Shown: in pieces, positions 26,485 through 35,334 of the stretch
Position numbering within the stretch: the stretch's first letter is position 1
Layout: each line of letters opens with the position of its first letter
DNA from: an uncultured Nitrospiraceae bacterium
Lineage (GTDB): Bacteria; Nitrospirota; UBA9217
NCBI GenBank assembly: GCA_964412455.1
Contig: CAYPOT010000009.1
Location: 5,179 to 69,178, forward strand
Direction: 5' to 3'
DNA: 64,000 nucleotides
The notes under the pieces: model-generated
Told to the model about the DNA's origin: nothing
Seen by the model: only the letters and a program-made list of their open reading frames with translations
Databases searched by the model: none
Position numbers and translations under genes: made by a program

Positions 26485-26692
26485 ATGTCAAGGGTTTTGA
26501 GCAGTTTAATTCTCGGTCCGAGTGCAGCATAAAGGCTGGCGCGGCAGTCATGTGAAGCTGATGAAACCGGGTAATCCCGTCATTTTGTCGATCCCCCTGC
26601 ACAAGGGGAAACCGGTCAAGAAAGGCTTGCTGGTTGCTCAGGTCAAGAAGGCGGGGATGACGGTGGAGGAGTTCTTAAAATTGTACAAATAA
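26485..26692 (+). pseudogene. HicA-like toxin, apparently frameshifted
   Basis: Frame ending at 26692 reads FSVRVQHKGWRGSHVKLMKPGNPVILSIPLHKGKPVKKGLLVAQVKKAGMTVEEF (HicA GSHxxL core). The N-terminal ATG (26485) is in a different frame and stops at 26530-26532. Confidence 0.5.
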
Positions 26693-26734
26693 GCAATATG
26701 GTATCCAGTAAGATGTTGAAAATGAGTAGGCAAT

Positions 26735-27682
26735 TTGTTGATGACAGTTGGATTCTTACGAGCGAATGAAAATATGCCGATAGTAACTGATTCTAGACTG
26801 AACTCTGAAGCAGATATTAAATTCGAGACGTATCGCGGTTACCTCGATGCTGTCAGAAGGCACATATATCAAACATACGGATCTTGGAAGCACTTCGGAC
26901 GGACCTGCATTGATCAAACGCTACATATGCAAGGGATAGGTGTCTTTGATCAACCCTGGGTAGAACGGTTTCTCAAAATAGCATGGAATACTGAATTCAT
27001 TTTGTCTGACGGAGCCAAAGATGTAGAATTGGTCCGCATCAATAATCAGTGGTCACCGATTCAGGCGTATTATGCAATATATGCATGCGGGGAAGCCTTG
27101 GCCTATGTTCTTGACGGAAATAAAGCAGACGGCCATCAGAAAACTCTAACGAAGCTGACAGATTATTTTGAAAAAAACAGTCTCTCACCATGGAATCTAT
27201 CCTACGAGGGGCCACGAGGAAGGACTTGCCAGGACCACAAGCCTCATAATTTTTCTGCTGACATAAGAATACCGCATAACTTGCAGAGAAGCGACGTGAC
27301 ACCGCAGGAGTTGATTGCAAAGTGCCTTAAGGCAGAGCATGCCAACCGTGTTGATGATACATGGCAAAAAAGAAGGTGTCAGTTCAAATACAACTTCGAC
27401 CCGGGTCGGACCAGCCTATTGCACTTCATGTATAGACTCCGGATCAAATCCAACTACAAAGAGATTGATCTTTTCGTATCGCAGGCCCCGGCAGCTAAGA
27501 TCCTCAATTTCAACACATCTTTACAGTATATTTGTTTTTATACGCTTCTGTATATGGAGGTCGCGCTGGCCAGAAAATGTAAAAAGAGTTTTCTTCTTGC
27601 TCTGGGGGATAAGTATTTGACTGTGAATCCAAGAGCGCATAAATTAAAGCGTCGACTGGAATTCTATAATTCCCAGATATAA
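26735..27682 (+). CDS. Hypothetical protein (315 aa), first gene of the helicase cluster
   Basis: Long ORF in a lower-GC region, ending 40 nt upstream of the helicase gene. No family recognised. Confidence 0.55.
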   Translation: MLMTVGFLRANENMPIVTDSRLNSEADIKFETYRGYLDAVRRHIYQTYGSWKHFGRTCIDQTLHMQGIGVFDQPWVERFLKIAWNTEFILSDGAKDVELVRINNQWSPIQAYYAIYACGEALAYVLDGNKADGHQKTLTKLTDYFEKNSLSPWNLSYEGPRGRTCQDHKPHNFSADIRIPHNLQRSDVTPQELIAKCLKAEHANRVDDTWQKRRCQFKYNFDPGRTSLLHFMYRLRIKSNYKEIDLFVSQAPAAKILNFNTSLQYICFYTLLYMEVALARKCKKSFLLALGDKYLTVNPRAHKLKRRLEFYNSQI

Positions 27683-27722
27683 ATCTACCCGAGGTCAACG
27701 TCCTTCAAAGAGCACATTAACC

Positions 27723-30569
27723 ATGTCAAAGATGGACATCGCACGGAGCATTTCCGCATGTAACTGCTGGCAGGACTTCAAAGAAGCAATGCAGCCCTTG
27801 TCGAAGAAGGAAAAGGGTGACTGCTTTGAAGAACTGACCAAACAGTATTTGCTTATCGAGCCGAAGTATCAGACCCAGTTGCGTCACGTTTGGCGGCTCG
27901 AAGAAGTACCATCGAAGACCAGAAAGCATCTCAATCTCCCCGATTTAGATGAAGGGACCGACCTTGTAGCAGAAACAGTAGATGGAGGTTATTGGGCGAT
28001 CCAATCCAAGTATCGTGAAGACGAAACAACCTCCCTCACTCGCCGCGAACTCAGCACATTCACCGACCTGGCTTTCTCCATCTGTAAGAACATCGAACTT
28101 GGCCTGATATGTACCACCGCGGACCGCTTCAGCCACAAGCTGCGGCTTCATGGAGAGCGGCTCTCCTTCTGTGCCGGCGATGTCTGGTCAGCTCTTGATA
28201 AAGAGTTTTTCGGTCGTCTGCACGCTGTCCTTAAAGGCAGGGAAGTAAAGCTACGCCCCAAACATCCACGGGACCATCAAAAAAGCGCCATTCAGAACGC
28301 CTTTGATCATTTCATCCAGAATGGCAATGACCGCGGCAAGCTGATCATGCCATGCGGAACTGGGAAAAGTCTGGCCGCATACTGGATAGCCGAAAAACTG
28401 AACGCCCATTCGATCCTCATTGCGGTCCCGAGCCTTTCCCTTATCAAACAGACTCTGGAGGTCTGGGCGCGGGAATCGGTTGCTAATGGTCGGGCCATTC
28501 ACTGGATGGCTGTCTGCAGCGATGAAACCGTCGCGAAAAGCGAGAAAAAGGATATTGCAGTGCTGACCCAGGATCTTGGCGTCCTTGTGCATACAGACCC
28601 GGTGGAGATAGCCGACTGGCTCAGGAAAAAGGAGAAGGGAACGACGGTCGTATTCAGCACGTACCAAAGCGGAAAGGCCATAGCCGAAGCGGCCAAGATA
28701 GCGAAAGTCACCTTTGACATCGCGATCCTCGATGAAGCGCATAAAACAGTAGGCAAAAAGCAGGGATTGTTCAGTTATCTTCTGCATGATGAGAATATCC
28801 CGATCCGGAAGCGGATATTCATGACTGCGACTGAAAGGCGCTACCGGGGGCAGAGCGACGACATTGTCAGTATGGATGACATATCCCTGTACGGAGAGAC
28901 CTTTGAGCTGCTGAGTTTTAAGAGAGCGCTCGAATACAAAGAACCTATCCTGAGCGATTATAAGATCGTGACCGTAGCCGTTTCGCGACAAGAGATAGCC
29001 GACATGGTTAAGCGCAATGTCTTCGTAAGGCCGGACAAGGGTGAATGGGACGAGGATGTTGAAGCGGAATCGCTTGCGGCTCTGGTTGCCCTGCGAAAGG
29101 CCATGAACTCATATCCCATCCGTCACGCAATCTCCTACCACAGCAGTATTGCCCGCGCAAAGATGTTTAAAACAAATCAAGAGCAGTTCTCAGATACATT
29201 TTCTGAATATAACCGTATAAACACCTACCATGTTTCCGGAAAAACGCCCACTGCAGTCCGTGCCCGAGAGATCAGAGATTTTGCAAGCGCAGACCGCGCA
29301 CTTATAACGAATGCTCGTTGTATGGTCGAGGGAGTGGATATTCCTAATGTTGACTGTGTTCTTTTTGCCGATCCGAAGAACAGTATAGTGGATATTGTGC
29401 AAGCGGTTGGGCGTGCATTGAGACCGGCAATAGGAAAAGACTATGGCTATGTGATTGTTCCTGTCCTTCTGGAAAGAAACGACGGTACGGATGTATCAAT
29501 GCCCCAGAGCGCATACGCTACGATCATCACAGTCCTGCGAGCGCTGGCCGAGAATGACGAGAGGATTATAGAATATTTCAGAGGGATTTCGCAGGGAGCA
29601 CGGCGCGAGGGCAAGGAAAATGTATTTGAGATCAACATTCCAGAAAGTTTGCATATCAACCTGCCGGATTTCGTCCAATCTGTAGAACTTCAAGTCTGGT
29701 CTCGCATTGCACGTCTGGCATGGCGGCCGTTTGAAGAGGCCCGCGCTTTCGCCCGGTCGTTGGCACTAAGAAACCAAGATGATTGGAAATCCTATTATAA
29801 AGGCTACTTGTCACGCATGTATAAAAAGCCAGTGGATATTCCTGCAGCTCCCAATGAAGTGTATAAGTACAATGGCTGGAAGAGTTGGGTAGACTGGTTA
29901 TGGATAGAAGGCCTCGCGCCAAGTGATTATGCATGGCGGTCGTTTGAAGATGCCCGTGCTTTTGTACATTCATTGGGGCTCAGAGGTATAAATGACTGGA
30001 GGCTTTATTGTACGGATAAGCTGCCAGATAAAGGTAGTAAACCAGCGGACATACACGCAGACCCATATAAAGTATATAAAGACAAGGGCTGGAAGAATTG
30101 GGGGGATTGGCTAGGGCTTGGCGCGGGAACTATTGAACCCAGAAAACAATTATATCGGTCGTTTGAAGAAGCTCGTTCTTTTGTGCGATCGTTGGGGCTC
30201 TCTGGCCAAACGGAATGGACTCTCTACTGTAAAGGTCAATTGCCCGGCAGGGATAAGAAGCCGGATGATATACACTCTAATCCCTATAATACTTATAATA
30301 ACATATGCTGGAAGAGCTGGGATGACTGGCTTGGAACGGAAACCATAGCACCACAAAATCGAGTATTTCGGCTTTTTGAGGAAGCCCGCACTTTTGCGCG
30401 TTCGTTGGGGCTTCCAAGCGAAAAAGAATGGCGTCTCTACTGTAAGGGTGAGTTACCTGGTAAGGGAAAGAAACCTGATGACATACCGTCTGCTCCATGG
30501 TTAACTTATAAGGACGATGGCTGGAAGAGTTGGGGTGACTGGCTTGGAACTAGACGCGTTAAGAAGTAA
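27723..30569 (+). CDS. Nuclease-helicase fusion: N-terminal restriction-endonuclease-like domain, SF2 DEAH helicase, four C-terminal tandem repeats
   Basis: N-terminus GTDLVAETVDGGYWAIQSKY (PD-(D/E)xK-like). Helicase motifs MPCGTGKS (I), LDEAHK (II), MTATE (III) and QAVGRALR (VI). C-terminal W-rich repeats. Confidence 0.8.
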   Translation: MSKMDIARSISACNCWQDFKEAMQPLSKKEKGDCFEELTKQYLLIEPKYQTQLRHVWRLEEVPSKTRKHLNLPDLDEGTDLVAETVDGGYWAIQSKYREDETTSLTRRELSTFTDLAFSICKNIELGLICTTADRFSHKLRLHGERLSFCAGDVWSALDKEFFGRLHAVLKGREVKLRPKHPRDHQKSAIQNAFDHFIQNGNDRGKLIMPCGTGKSLAAYWIAEKLNAHSILIAVPSLSLIKQTLEVWARESVANGRAIHWMAVCSDETVAKSEKKDIAVLTQDLGVLVHTDPVEIADWLRKKEKGTTVVFSTYQSGKAIAEAAKIAKVTFDIAILDEAHKTVGKKQGLFSYLLHDENIPIRKRIFMTATERRYRGQSDDIVSMDDISLYGETFELLSFKRALEYKEPILSDYKIVTVAVSRQEIADMVKRNVFVRPDKGEWDEDVEAESLAALVALRKAMNSYPIRHAISYHSSIARAKMFKTNQEQFSDTFSEYNRINTYHVSGKTPTAVRAREIRDFASADRALITNARCMVEGVDIPNVDCVLFADPKNSIVDIVQAVGRALRPAIGKDYGYVIVPVLLERNDGTDVSMPQSAYATIITVLRALAENDERIIEYFRGISQGARREGKENVFEINIPESLHINLPDFVQSVELQVWSRIARLAWRPFEEARAFARSLALRNQDDWKSYYKGYLSRMYKKPVDIPAAPNEVYKYNGWKSWVDWLWIEGLAPSDYAWRSFEDARAFVHSLGLRGINDWRLYCTDKLPDKGSKPADIHADPYKVYKDKGWKNWGDWLGLGAGTIEPRKQLYRSFEEARSFVRSLGLSGQTEWTLYCKGQLPGRDKKPDDIHSNPYNTYNNICWKSWDDWLGTETIAPQNRVFRLFEEARTFARSLGLPSEKEWRLYCKGELPGKGKKPDDIPSAPWLTYKDDGWKSWGDWLGTRRVKK
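29721..30566 (+). repeat. Four tandem ~70-codon coding repeats at the helicase C-terminus
   Basis: The unit W/F-R-x-FEEARxFxRSLGL-x5-W-x-YCKG-LPGKGKKPDDI-x3-P-x3-YK-x2-GWKSWGDWLG recurs four times. Confidence 0.85.
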
Positions 30570-30607
30570 TAGTAATATCAATAGACGAAAGGTTAAACAG
30601 ATACGAA

Positions 30608-31408
30608 ATGAAAATCGAAGGTAATGGGTTTTTGACCACTCTTTTGCCAGACATATCGCAGACGGTTCCCGGCGTCAATAAGGCTTTATTTTGCTTACTG
30701 CAAGATGTCATCAATTATGCAGAGAGCCTAAAAGAATCATTGCAGGTCGCCAAACAGGAAACAGATCAAGAAAAGCAGAAAATTATCGCGACAGTTACTT
30801 ACATTCGACTTTTAGAAGTCGTTGAAGCGGCGTTCATCCTTTCCGCTTATGGAATTAGAGAAGAGTTGCAGTCGCTATTTCGCATATTCTTAGACGCTTA
30901 TTTTGTGCATGCCAACTGCTGTAGCAGCCCAGAATTTATCCCTGCCTATATTCTTAGTGACGAACAGTCACGTCTTAAAATGCTTAATGTGGCGACGAAG
31001 TATGATAGCGAGATGTTCAAAGCGACAAAAGAATATGCAACAGCCGAATTGAAAAACCAACTTGAAAACAAGATACGCGAGGAAAAAATTGAAGCATTCA
31101 ACTCGTACCTCTATGCGAAAAATGTTAATTGCGAACAAATATACGATTCTCTATACAGGCTGATGAGCGCCTCAGTGCATACAACTCCCAGATGTTTAAG
31201 CAATTATATAGAAACTGACGAACATGGGGTCATATTGCAAGTCTTGCATGGCTCTAGGCCGGAAGACACCAACCACGCATTGTTTGATATGTCGTGGTTT
31301 TTCTTAAAGGCTATACGCGGGATCTGTGAATTGTTCCAGCTCCCCATGGGGACGTTAGATTGTTTTGACAAACGGATAAAGGAATATGAAACCGAAAGAA
31401 AAGATTGA
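30608..31408 (+). CDS. Hypothetical protein (266 aa), third gene of the helicase cluster
   Basis: Helical protein 38 nt downstream of the helicase. Contains YRLMSASVHTTP (an Rx6H spacing), possibly DUF5677-like from memory. Confidence 0.5.
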   Translation: MKIEGNGFLTTLLPDISQTVPGVNKALFCLLQDVINYAESLKESLQVAKQETDQEKQKIIATVTYIRLLEVVEAAFILSAYGIREELQSLFRIFLDAYFVHANCCSSPEFIPAYILSDEQSRLKMLNVATKYDSEMFKATKEYATAELKNQLENKIREEKIEAFNSYLYAKNVNCEQIYDSLYRLMSASVHTTPRCLSNYIETDEHGVILQVLHGSRPEDTNHALFDMSWFFLKAIRGICELFQLPMGTLDCFDKRIKEYETERKD

Positions 31409-31578
31409 GAATGAGAGTCGAATATTGAATGTAATTTCGTTCATGGTCAGCCGAAAATTAGGCGCGAACGGATCCTGTATTTATTGATTCATGATGCGGA
31501 CTGAAAGCACTTATACTGAACTAAAAATAAGCGGCAGGCCATCTGGCCTGCCTTTGTCGTCTTCCGCATGCGCATCGC

Positions 31579-31827
31579 TCAATGCACCGAGCACGATATG
31601 CAAAGGTCGTAGGAGCGCACGAGCATCTGGGCGAGGAGCTCGATGTCCCGGTCCTTTTTCCCTTCCCGGGCATACTGCTCGGCAAGCGCCATCAGGTCGT
31701 GCTGAATATTGGCATGGTTCTGGCTCGTGGGGATCACGCAGTCGCTCTTGACGATCCCGCCTTCCTTGTCGAACTCGTAGCAATGATATAAGATCCCCCG
31801 GAGTATGCCTTGATTCTCGTATTGCAA
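31579..31827 (-). pseudogene. Diverged duplicate of the [NiFe]-hydrogenase large-subunit 3' end
   Basis: ...GILYHCYEFDKEGGIVKSDCVIPTSQNHANIQHDLMALAEQYAREGKKDRDIELLAQMLVRSYDLCISCSVH parallels the C-terminus of 32775..34049. It has DLC instead of DPC and includes a copy of the terminator hairpin. Confidence 0.9.
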
Positions 31828-31943
31828 ATTTGCCGCTAATCGGCTAAATTTCTGCCATGTTCTGAATCTACGTGTGTCATTTCAACTCTGGAAACTGAAA
31901 TTATTGATAGATGCGTAAAAATGAAATGGGGTGAATCGACGTC

Positions 31944-32276
31944 ATGATCAACCGATCAATTCTGGTAGTCAGGGCGAAAGAGCCGTTCGTGCAATGGATC
32001 AACTCCCTTCCCGATCCTGCTGGAGTCTCCCGGAAGCAGGTCGATCTCGATAATACAGCCTATCTTCTGCCGGAATACGCGTATGACGAAGAAAAAGAGG
32101 AGCTTCTCGCTCAGTTCTTCGATCTGATCTTTCAGGAACAATTGAGCGGCTGGTGGACTGATGAGAGTGGCTGGCCGCAGAAGCGGGACATTGCCATGTT
32201 CAACAAGTGGTTCGAAGTAGATTTTCATTCGGCAGTGCTCGATCTTGTTGATACGCCGCTGGAAGAGGACGAATAG
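31944..32276 (+). CDS. Hypothetical protein (110 aa)
   Basis: ORF between the duplicated hydrogenase 3' ends. No family recognised. Confidence 0.45.
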   Translation: MINRSILVVRAKEPFVQWINSLPDPAGVSRKQVDLDNTAYLLPEYAYDEEKEELLAQFFDLIFQEQLSGWWTDESGWPQKRDIAMFNKWFEVDFHSAVLDLVDTPLEEDE

Positions 32277-32315
32277 CGGTTAGTCAGTCCCGCTTGCTAC
32301 TGAGAGAGGTGAGTT

Positions 32316-32690
32316 ATGAAAGTGAAAAAGATCAACATAGGCATCAAAGATCTAGCGGAAAGCTTGAAGGATTTTGCCGCGACGTGGAAAAAGTCGGAAT
32401 CCGGCAAGAAGACGAGGAAAGAGGAGGGCATTTACTTTGACTCCATCGATTCGATGCGGTCTGTGTTGACGAACAACCGGCTGCTTATCCTGAAAACGAT
32501 CCGGGACCGCAATCCGGGCTCCGTCTACGAGTTGGCAAAAATACTGGAACGGGACCTAAAAAACGTTAACCAGGACCTGAAGCTCCTAGCCGACATCGGC
32601 CTGGTTACTCTGGTGAAGACGGACGCCGATAAGAAGCGTGTTGTGCCCCATGTTGATTACGGTAAGATCATGCTTGAAATACCGGTGTAA
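32316..32690 (+). CDS. Winged-helix DNA-binding protein (MarR/ArsR-like)
   Basis: LLILKTIRDRNPGSVYELAKILERDLKNVNQDLKLLADIGLV is a wHTH pattern. Confidence 0.55.
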   Translation: MKVKKINIGIKDLAESLKDFAATWKKSESGKKTRKEEGIYFDSIDSMRSVLTNNRLLILKTIRDRNPGSVYELAKILERDLKNVNQDLKLLADIGLVTLVKTDADKKRVVPHVDYGKIMLEIPV

Positions 32691-32720
32691 TGACTTTCAT
32701 GGAAGCACTCATACTGAACT

Positions 32721-32750
32721 AAAAAAGAGGCAGGCCATGTGGCCTGCCTC
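32721..32750 (-). terminator. Rho-independent terminator of the hydrogenase operon
   Basis: GAGGCAGGCC-ATGT-GGCCTGCCTC hairpin, followed on the minus strand by a T-run (A6 on the plus strand). Confidence 0.7.
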
Positions 32751-32774
32751 TTCTGTTCATGTGATGTTTGACGC

Positions 32775-34049
32775 TCAATGCACAGAACATGATATGCAGG
32801 GGTCGTAGGACCTGACAAGCATCTGGGCGAGGAGTTCGATGTCCCTGTCCTTCTTGCCTTCCCGGGCATACTGCTCCGCCAGCGCCATCAGATCGTGCTG
32901 GATGTTGGCGTGGTTCTGGCTCGTGGGGATCACGCAGTCGCTTTTGACGATCCTGCCTTCCTTGTCGAACTCGTAGTAATGATATAAGATGCCCCGCGGT
33001 ACTTCTACCGCTCCGACGCCGATCCCTTCCCGCGGCACCACCTTCTGTCGTGGCTCCTGCCATGCCCCATCCAACATTCCGTTGATCAGGTCGATCGAGT
33101 CCATCACCACATGCACGCATTCCACTAACTGGGCGACATTGTTCATGAAGGGATTGTGGTTCACCGGCTTGAGCCCGAAGCTTAGGGAGAGCTCTTTCGC
33201 GGCAGGATGCAGGAAGGCGAAGTTGTTGTTCAGGCGGGCGAGCGCGCCGACTGCCAGCGACGACCGCGAGAGCTTGCTCCACTTGGACGTGGACTGTCCG
33301 ACCATATACTCGTTCGTCATCAACCGGTACTCGTGCTCTTTCCTGACCACGCCGTCCGTCGAGACCAGGTCTCCGCCGATGAAAGGATAACTCCCCTTGC
33401 CCTTGAGCGAAACGAATTCGGTCTCCCGCTTGAAGTCAGGAACAACAAATTGCCGGAACAGGTCCGCGGTGAGGGTGAGGTCATCCACGACATCCTGCAG
33501 GCGGTACTTGAACTTCACCAGTTCATTTTTTTCCGGCAGCATGGTGAACCCGCCGATCACGGTCCGCGTGGGATGCATCCTCCGGCCGCCGACGCAGTCG
33601 CACATATCGTTCGCGAGCAGCTTGATCTTGGCCGCGCGTTTTATTACATCGGGATGGGAATCGATGAGCGGGAACACGCTTCCGACGTTCAGGAAGTCCG
33701 GGGCAGCCAGGAAATACAGGTGCAGGATATGGCTCTGGAGCGTTTCCATGTGCTTCAGCAGGAGCCGCAGTTTCCCCGTTTGCTCCGTGGGAACGATGCC
33801 GAAGGCGTTCTCGACCGCCCGGATGCTGGCCAGCGTATGGCCGATGGAGCAGATGCCGCAGATCCTGCCGCAGATCCAGGGAGCGTTCTCCCATTTCTTC
33901 CCGACCAGCATCGCCTCGAAGAAGCGCGGCGTCTCCACGACCTCCCAGGTCGCGTCTTCGACCTTTCCGTCTTTGATGGAGATCTTGATGTTGCCGTGGC
34001 CTTCCACCCGGGTGAGGTGGCGTATGTCGATGGACTGCGATAGCTTCAT
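32775..34049 (-). CDS. Cytosolic [NiFe]-hydrogenase large (alpha) subunit, group 3
   Basis: N-terminal RICGICSIGH and C-terminal DPCISCSVH nickel-binding motifs. Confidence 0.9.
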   Translation of the reverse strand: MKLSQSIDIRHLTRVEGHGNIKISIKDGKVEDATWEVVETPRFFEAMLVGKKWENAPWICGRICGICSIGHTLASIRAVENAFGIVPTEQTGKLRLLLKHMETLQSHILHLYFLAAPDFLNVGSVFPLIDSHPDVIKRAAKIKLLANDMCDCVGGRRMHPTRTVIGGFTMLPEKNELVKFKYRLQDVVDDLTLTADLFRQFVVPDFKRETEFVSLKGKGSYPFIGGDLVSTDGVVRKEHEYRLMTNEYMVGQSTSKWSKLSRSSLAVGALARLNNNFAFLHPAAKELSLSFGLKPVNHNPFMNNVAQLVECVHVVMDSIDLINGMLDGAWQEPRQKVVPREGIGVGAVEVPRGILYHYYEFDKEGRIVKSDCVIPTSQNHANIQHDLMALAEQYAREGKKDRDIELLAQMLVRSYDPCISCSVH

Positions 34050-34148
34050 TGCTGCCTCTCGGTTGTACGTATATCGTCAGATCTATTTACTGAATATCAT
34101 GCATTGCGGATTTCGGATTCCGGAATGAAGACCGTTCATACCGTTGTC

Positions 34149-34213
34149 GTAGGGGCAACCCTATGTGGTTGCCCTCATTCGGCGTTCGGGCGGCCACGCA
34201 GGGCCGCCCCTAC
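34149..34213. repeat. REP-like element family A, copy 3
   Basis: GTAGGGGCAACCCTATGTGGTTGCCC...GGGCGGCCACGCAGGGCCGCCCCTAC. Overlaps the last ~13 codons of the small-subunit ORF. Confidence 0.85.
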
Positions 34214-35017
34214 TGTCTTCCGCATTTCCGAAGCGTGCCCCGCGAACCCGCCGAAGCACTCCAGCCGGTCGAGCATGGTCTCCTCGGAGAACCCGTACTT
34301 CTTCATGATCTCTTGCATCTGCTCCACATTGGCGTCCACGGTCGGGCCGCGGCAGCCCCAGCAGCCGAAGCGGCTGTTCGGGCACCAGGAGTCGCACCCG
34401 CCGCGGGTGATGGGGCCGAGACAGGGTTCGCCCAGGTCGAAGAGGCAGGTATTCTCGTTCGCCTTGCATTCCATGCAGACGGGATACTTGGGCTGGACGA
34501 TGGACTTGCCGAGCACTACGTTCGTGACGATCTTCTCGACCTCTTCCTTCTTCACCGGGCAGCCGAAGATCTGGAGATCCACTTTCACGAAGTCCTCGAG
34601 CGGCCTTGCGGTGTCGTTGGTCTCGATGGGGTGGGCGCCGTACACCTCTTTTTTCACCCAGGCGGGGTCCTTGAAGCGGTTCTTGAGCTGGTTCACGCCG
34701 CCGAAGCAGGCACAGGACCCGAAGGCTACGAGTACCTTGGCCCTTTCCCGTATTGTCTTCAGCCGCTCGATCTCGTCGGCGCGGGTGACGCTCCCCTCCA
34801 CAAAGGCGATCGCGTAGTCGTCTTTCTCCTCGGTCATGGCCTCACGGAATGTCCGCACGTCGACGAGGGAAAGAAAGTCGAGAAGCGTGGCTTCGTTGTT
34901 CACGAGCTGGAGCTGGCAGCCCTCGCAGGACGAGAGCTCGAAGAAAGCGACCTTCGGACGGGGGATGGGAATGCCGAGATAGGTCCGTTGTGTCGGTTCG
35001 CTCTTATTCACGATCAT
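34175..35017 (-). CDS. [NiFe]-hydrogenase small (delta) subunit
   Basis: FELSSCEGCQ proximal-cluster motif and further Cys clusters (FGSCACFGG; CMECK; GCWGC). The C-terminal tail is encoded by repeat A. Confidence 0.8.
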   Translation of the reverse strand: MIVNKSEPTQRTYLGIPIPRPKVAFFELSSCEGCQLQLVNNEATLLDFLSLVDVRTFREAMTEEKDDYAIAFVEGSVTRADEIERLKTIRERAKVLVAFGSCACFGGVNQLKNRFKDPAWVKKEVYGAHPIETNDTARPLEDFVKVDLQIFGCPVKKEEVEKIVTNVVLGKSIVQPKYPVCMECKANENTCLFDLGEPCLGPITRGGCDSWCPNSRFGCWGCRGPTVDANVEQMQEIMKKYGFSEETMLDRLECFGGFAGHASEMRKTVGAALRGRPNAE

Positions 35018-35334
35018 CGCTCCTATAAAGCGGCACTATGAGCTTCAGATTTTCTCCAAGAAGCTGTGAATCAAGTCTTTGACACTGACCAACAGTAGGC
35101 GCTTCTAAGCGAGACCCTGAGAACGGCTATGATAACTGCGGATACAGCAAGAACTCTAAATATTTTATTTGAGAGTATTACAGAAAAAAGATCCGATGCC
35201 AGCGGGCACTATGCCTCATCCTGTTGATCCTGCAATCTTGTCTAATCCTGCTTCTTCAGGATTTTCATCCGCTTCTTCTGTGTCAAAGGTTCAATCTGTG
35301 TCCTCAGTGTCCAAAAAACGCAGTTCTGGTTGTA

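Noticed and set aside
26735-27682. YRLRIKSNYKE in the 315-aa hypothetical protein considered as a HEPN-type motif.
   Set aside because: It lacks the His of Rx4-6H. The R..N..Y resemblance is too weak to support a call without a profile search.
5263-32700. Search for an integrase, transposase or recombinase that would define the two accessory regions as classical integrative elements.
   Set aside because: No ORF shows tyrosine/serine recombinase or DDE transposase motifs. The boundaries are instead marked by duplicated host-gene ends.
32775-34049. Possible selenocysteine in the [NiFe]-hydrogenase large subunit, as in Sec-type hydrogenases.
   Set aside because: The C-terminal motif is DPCISCSVH with ordinary Cys codons and there is no in-frame UGA.
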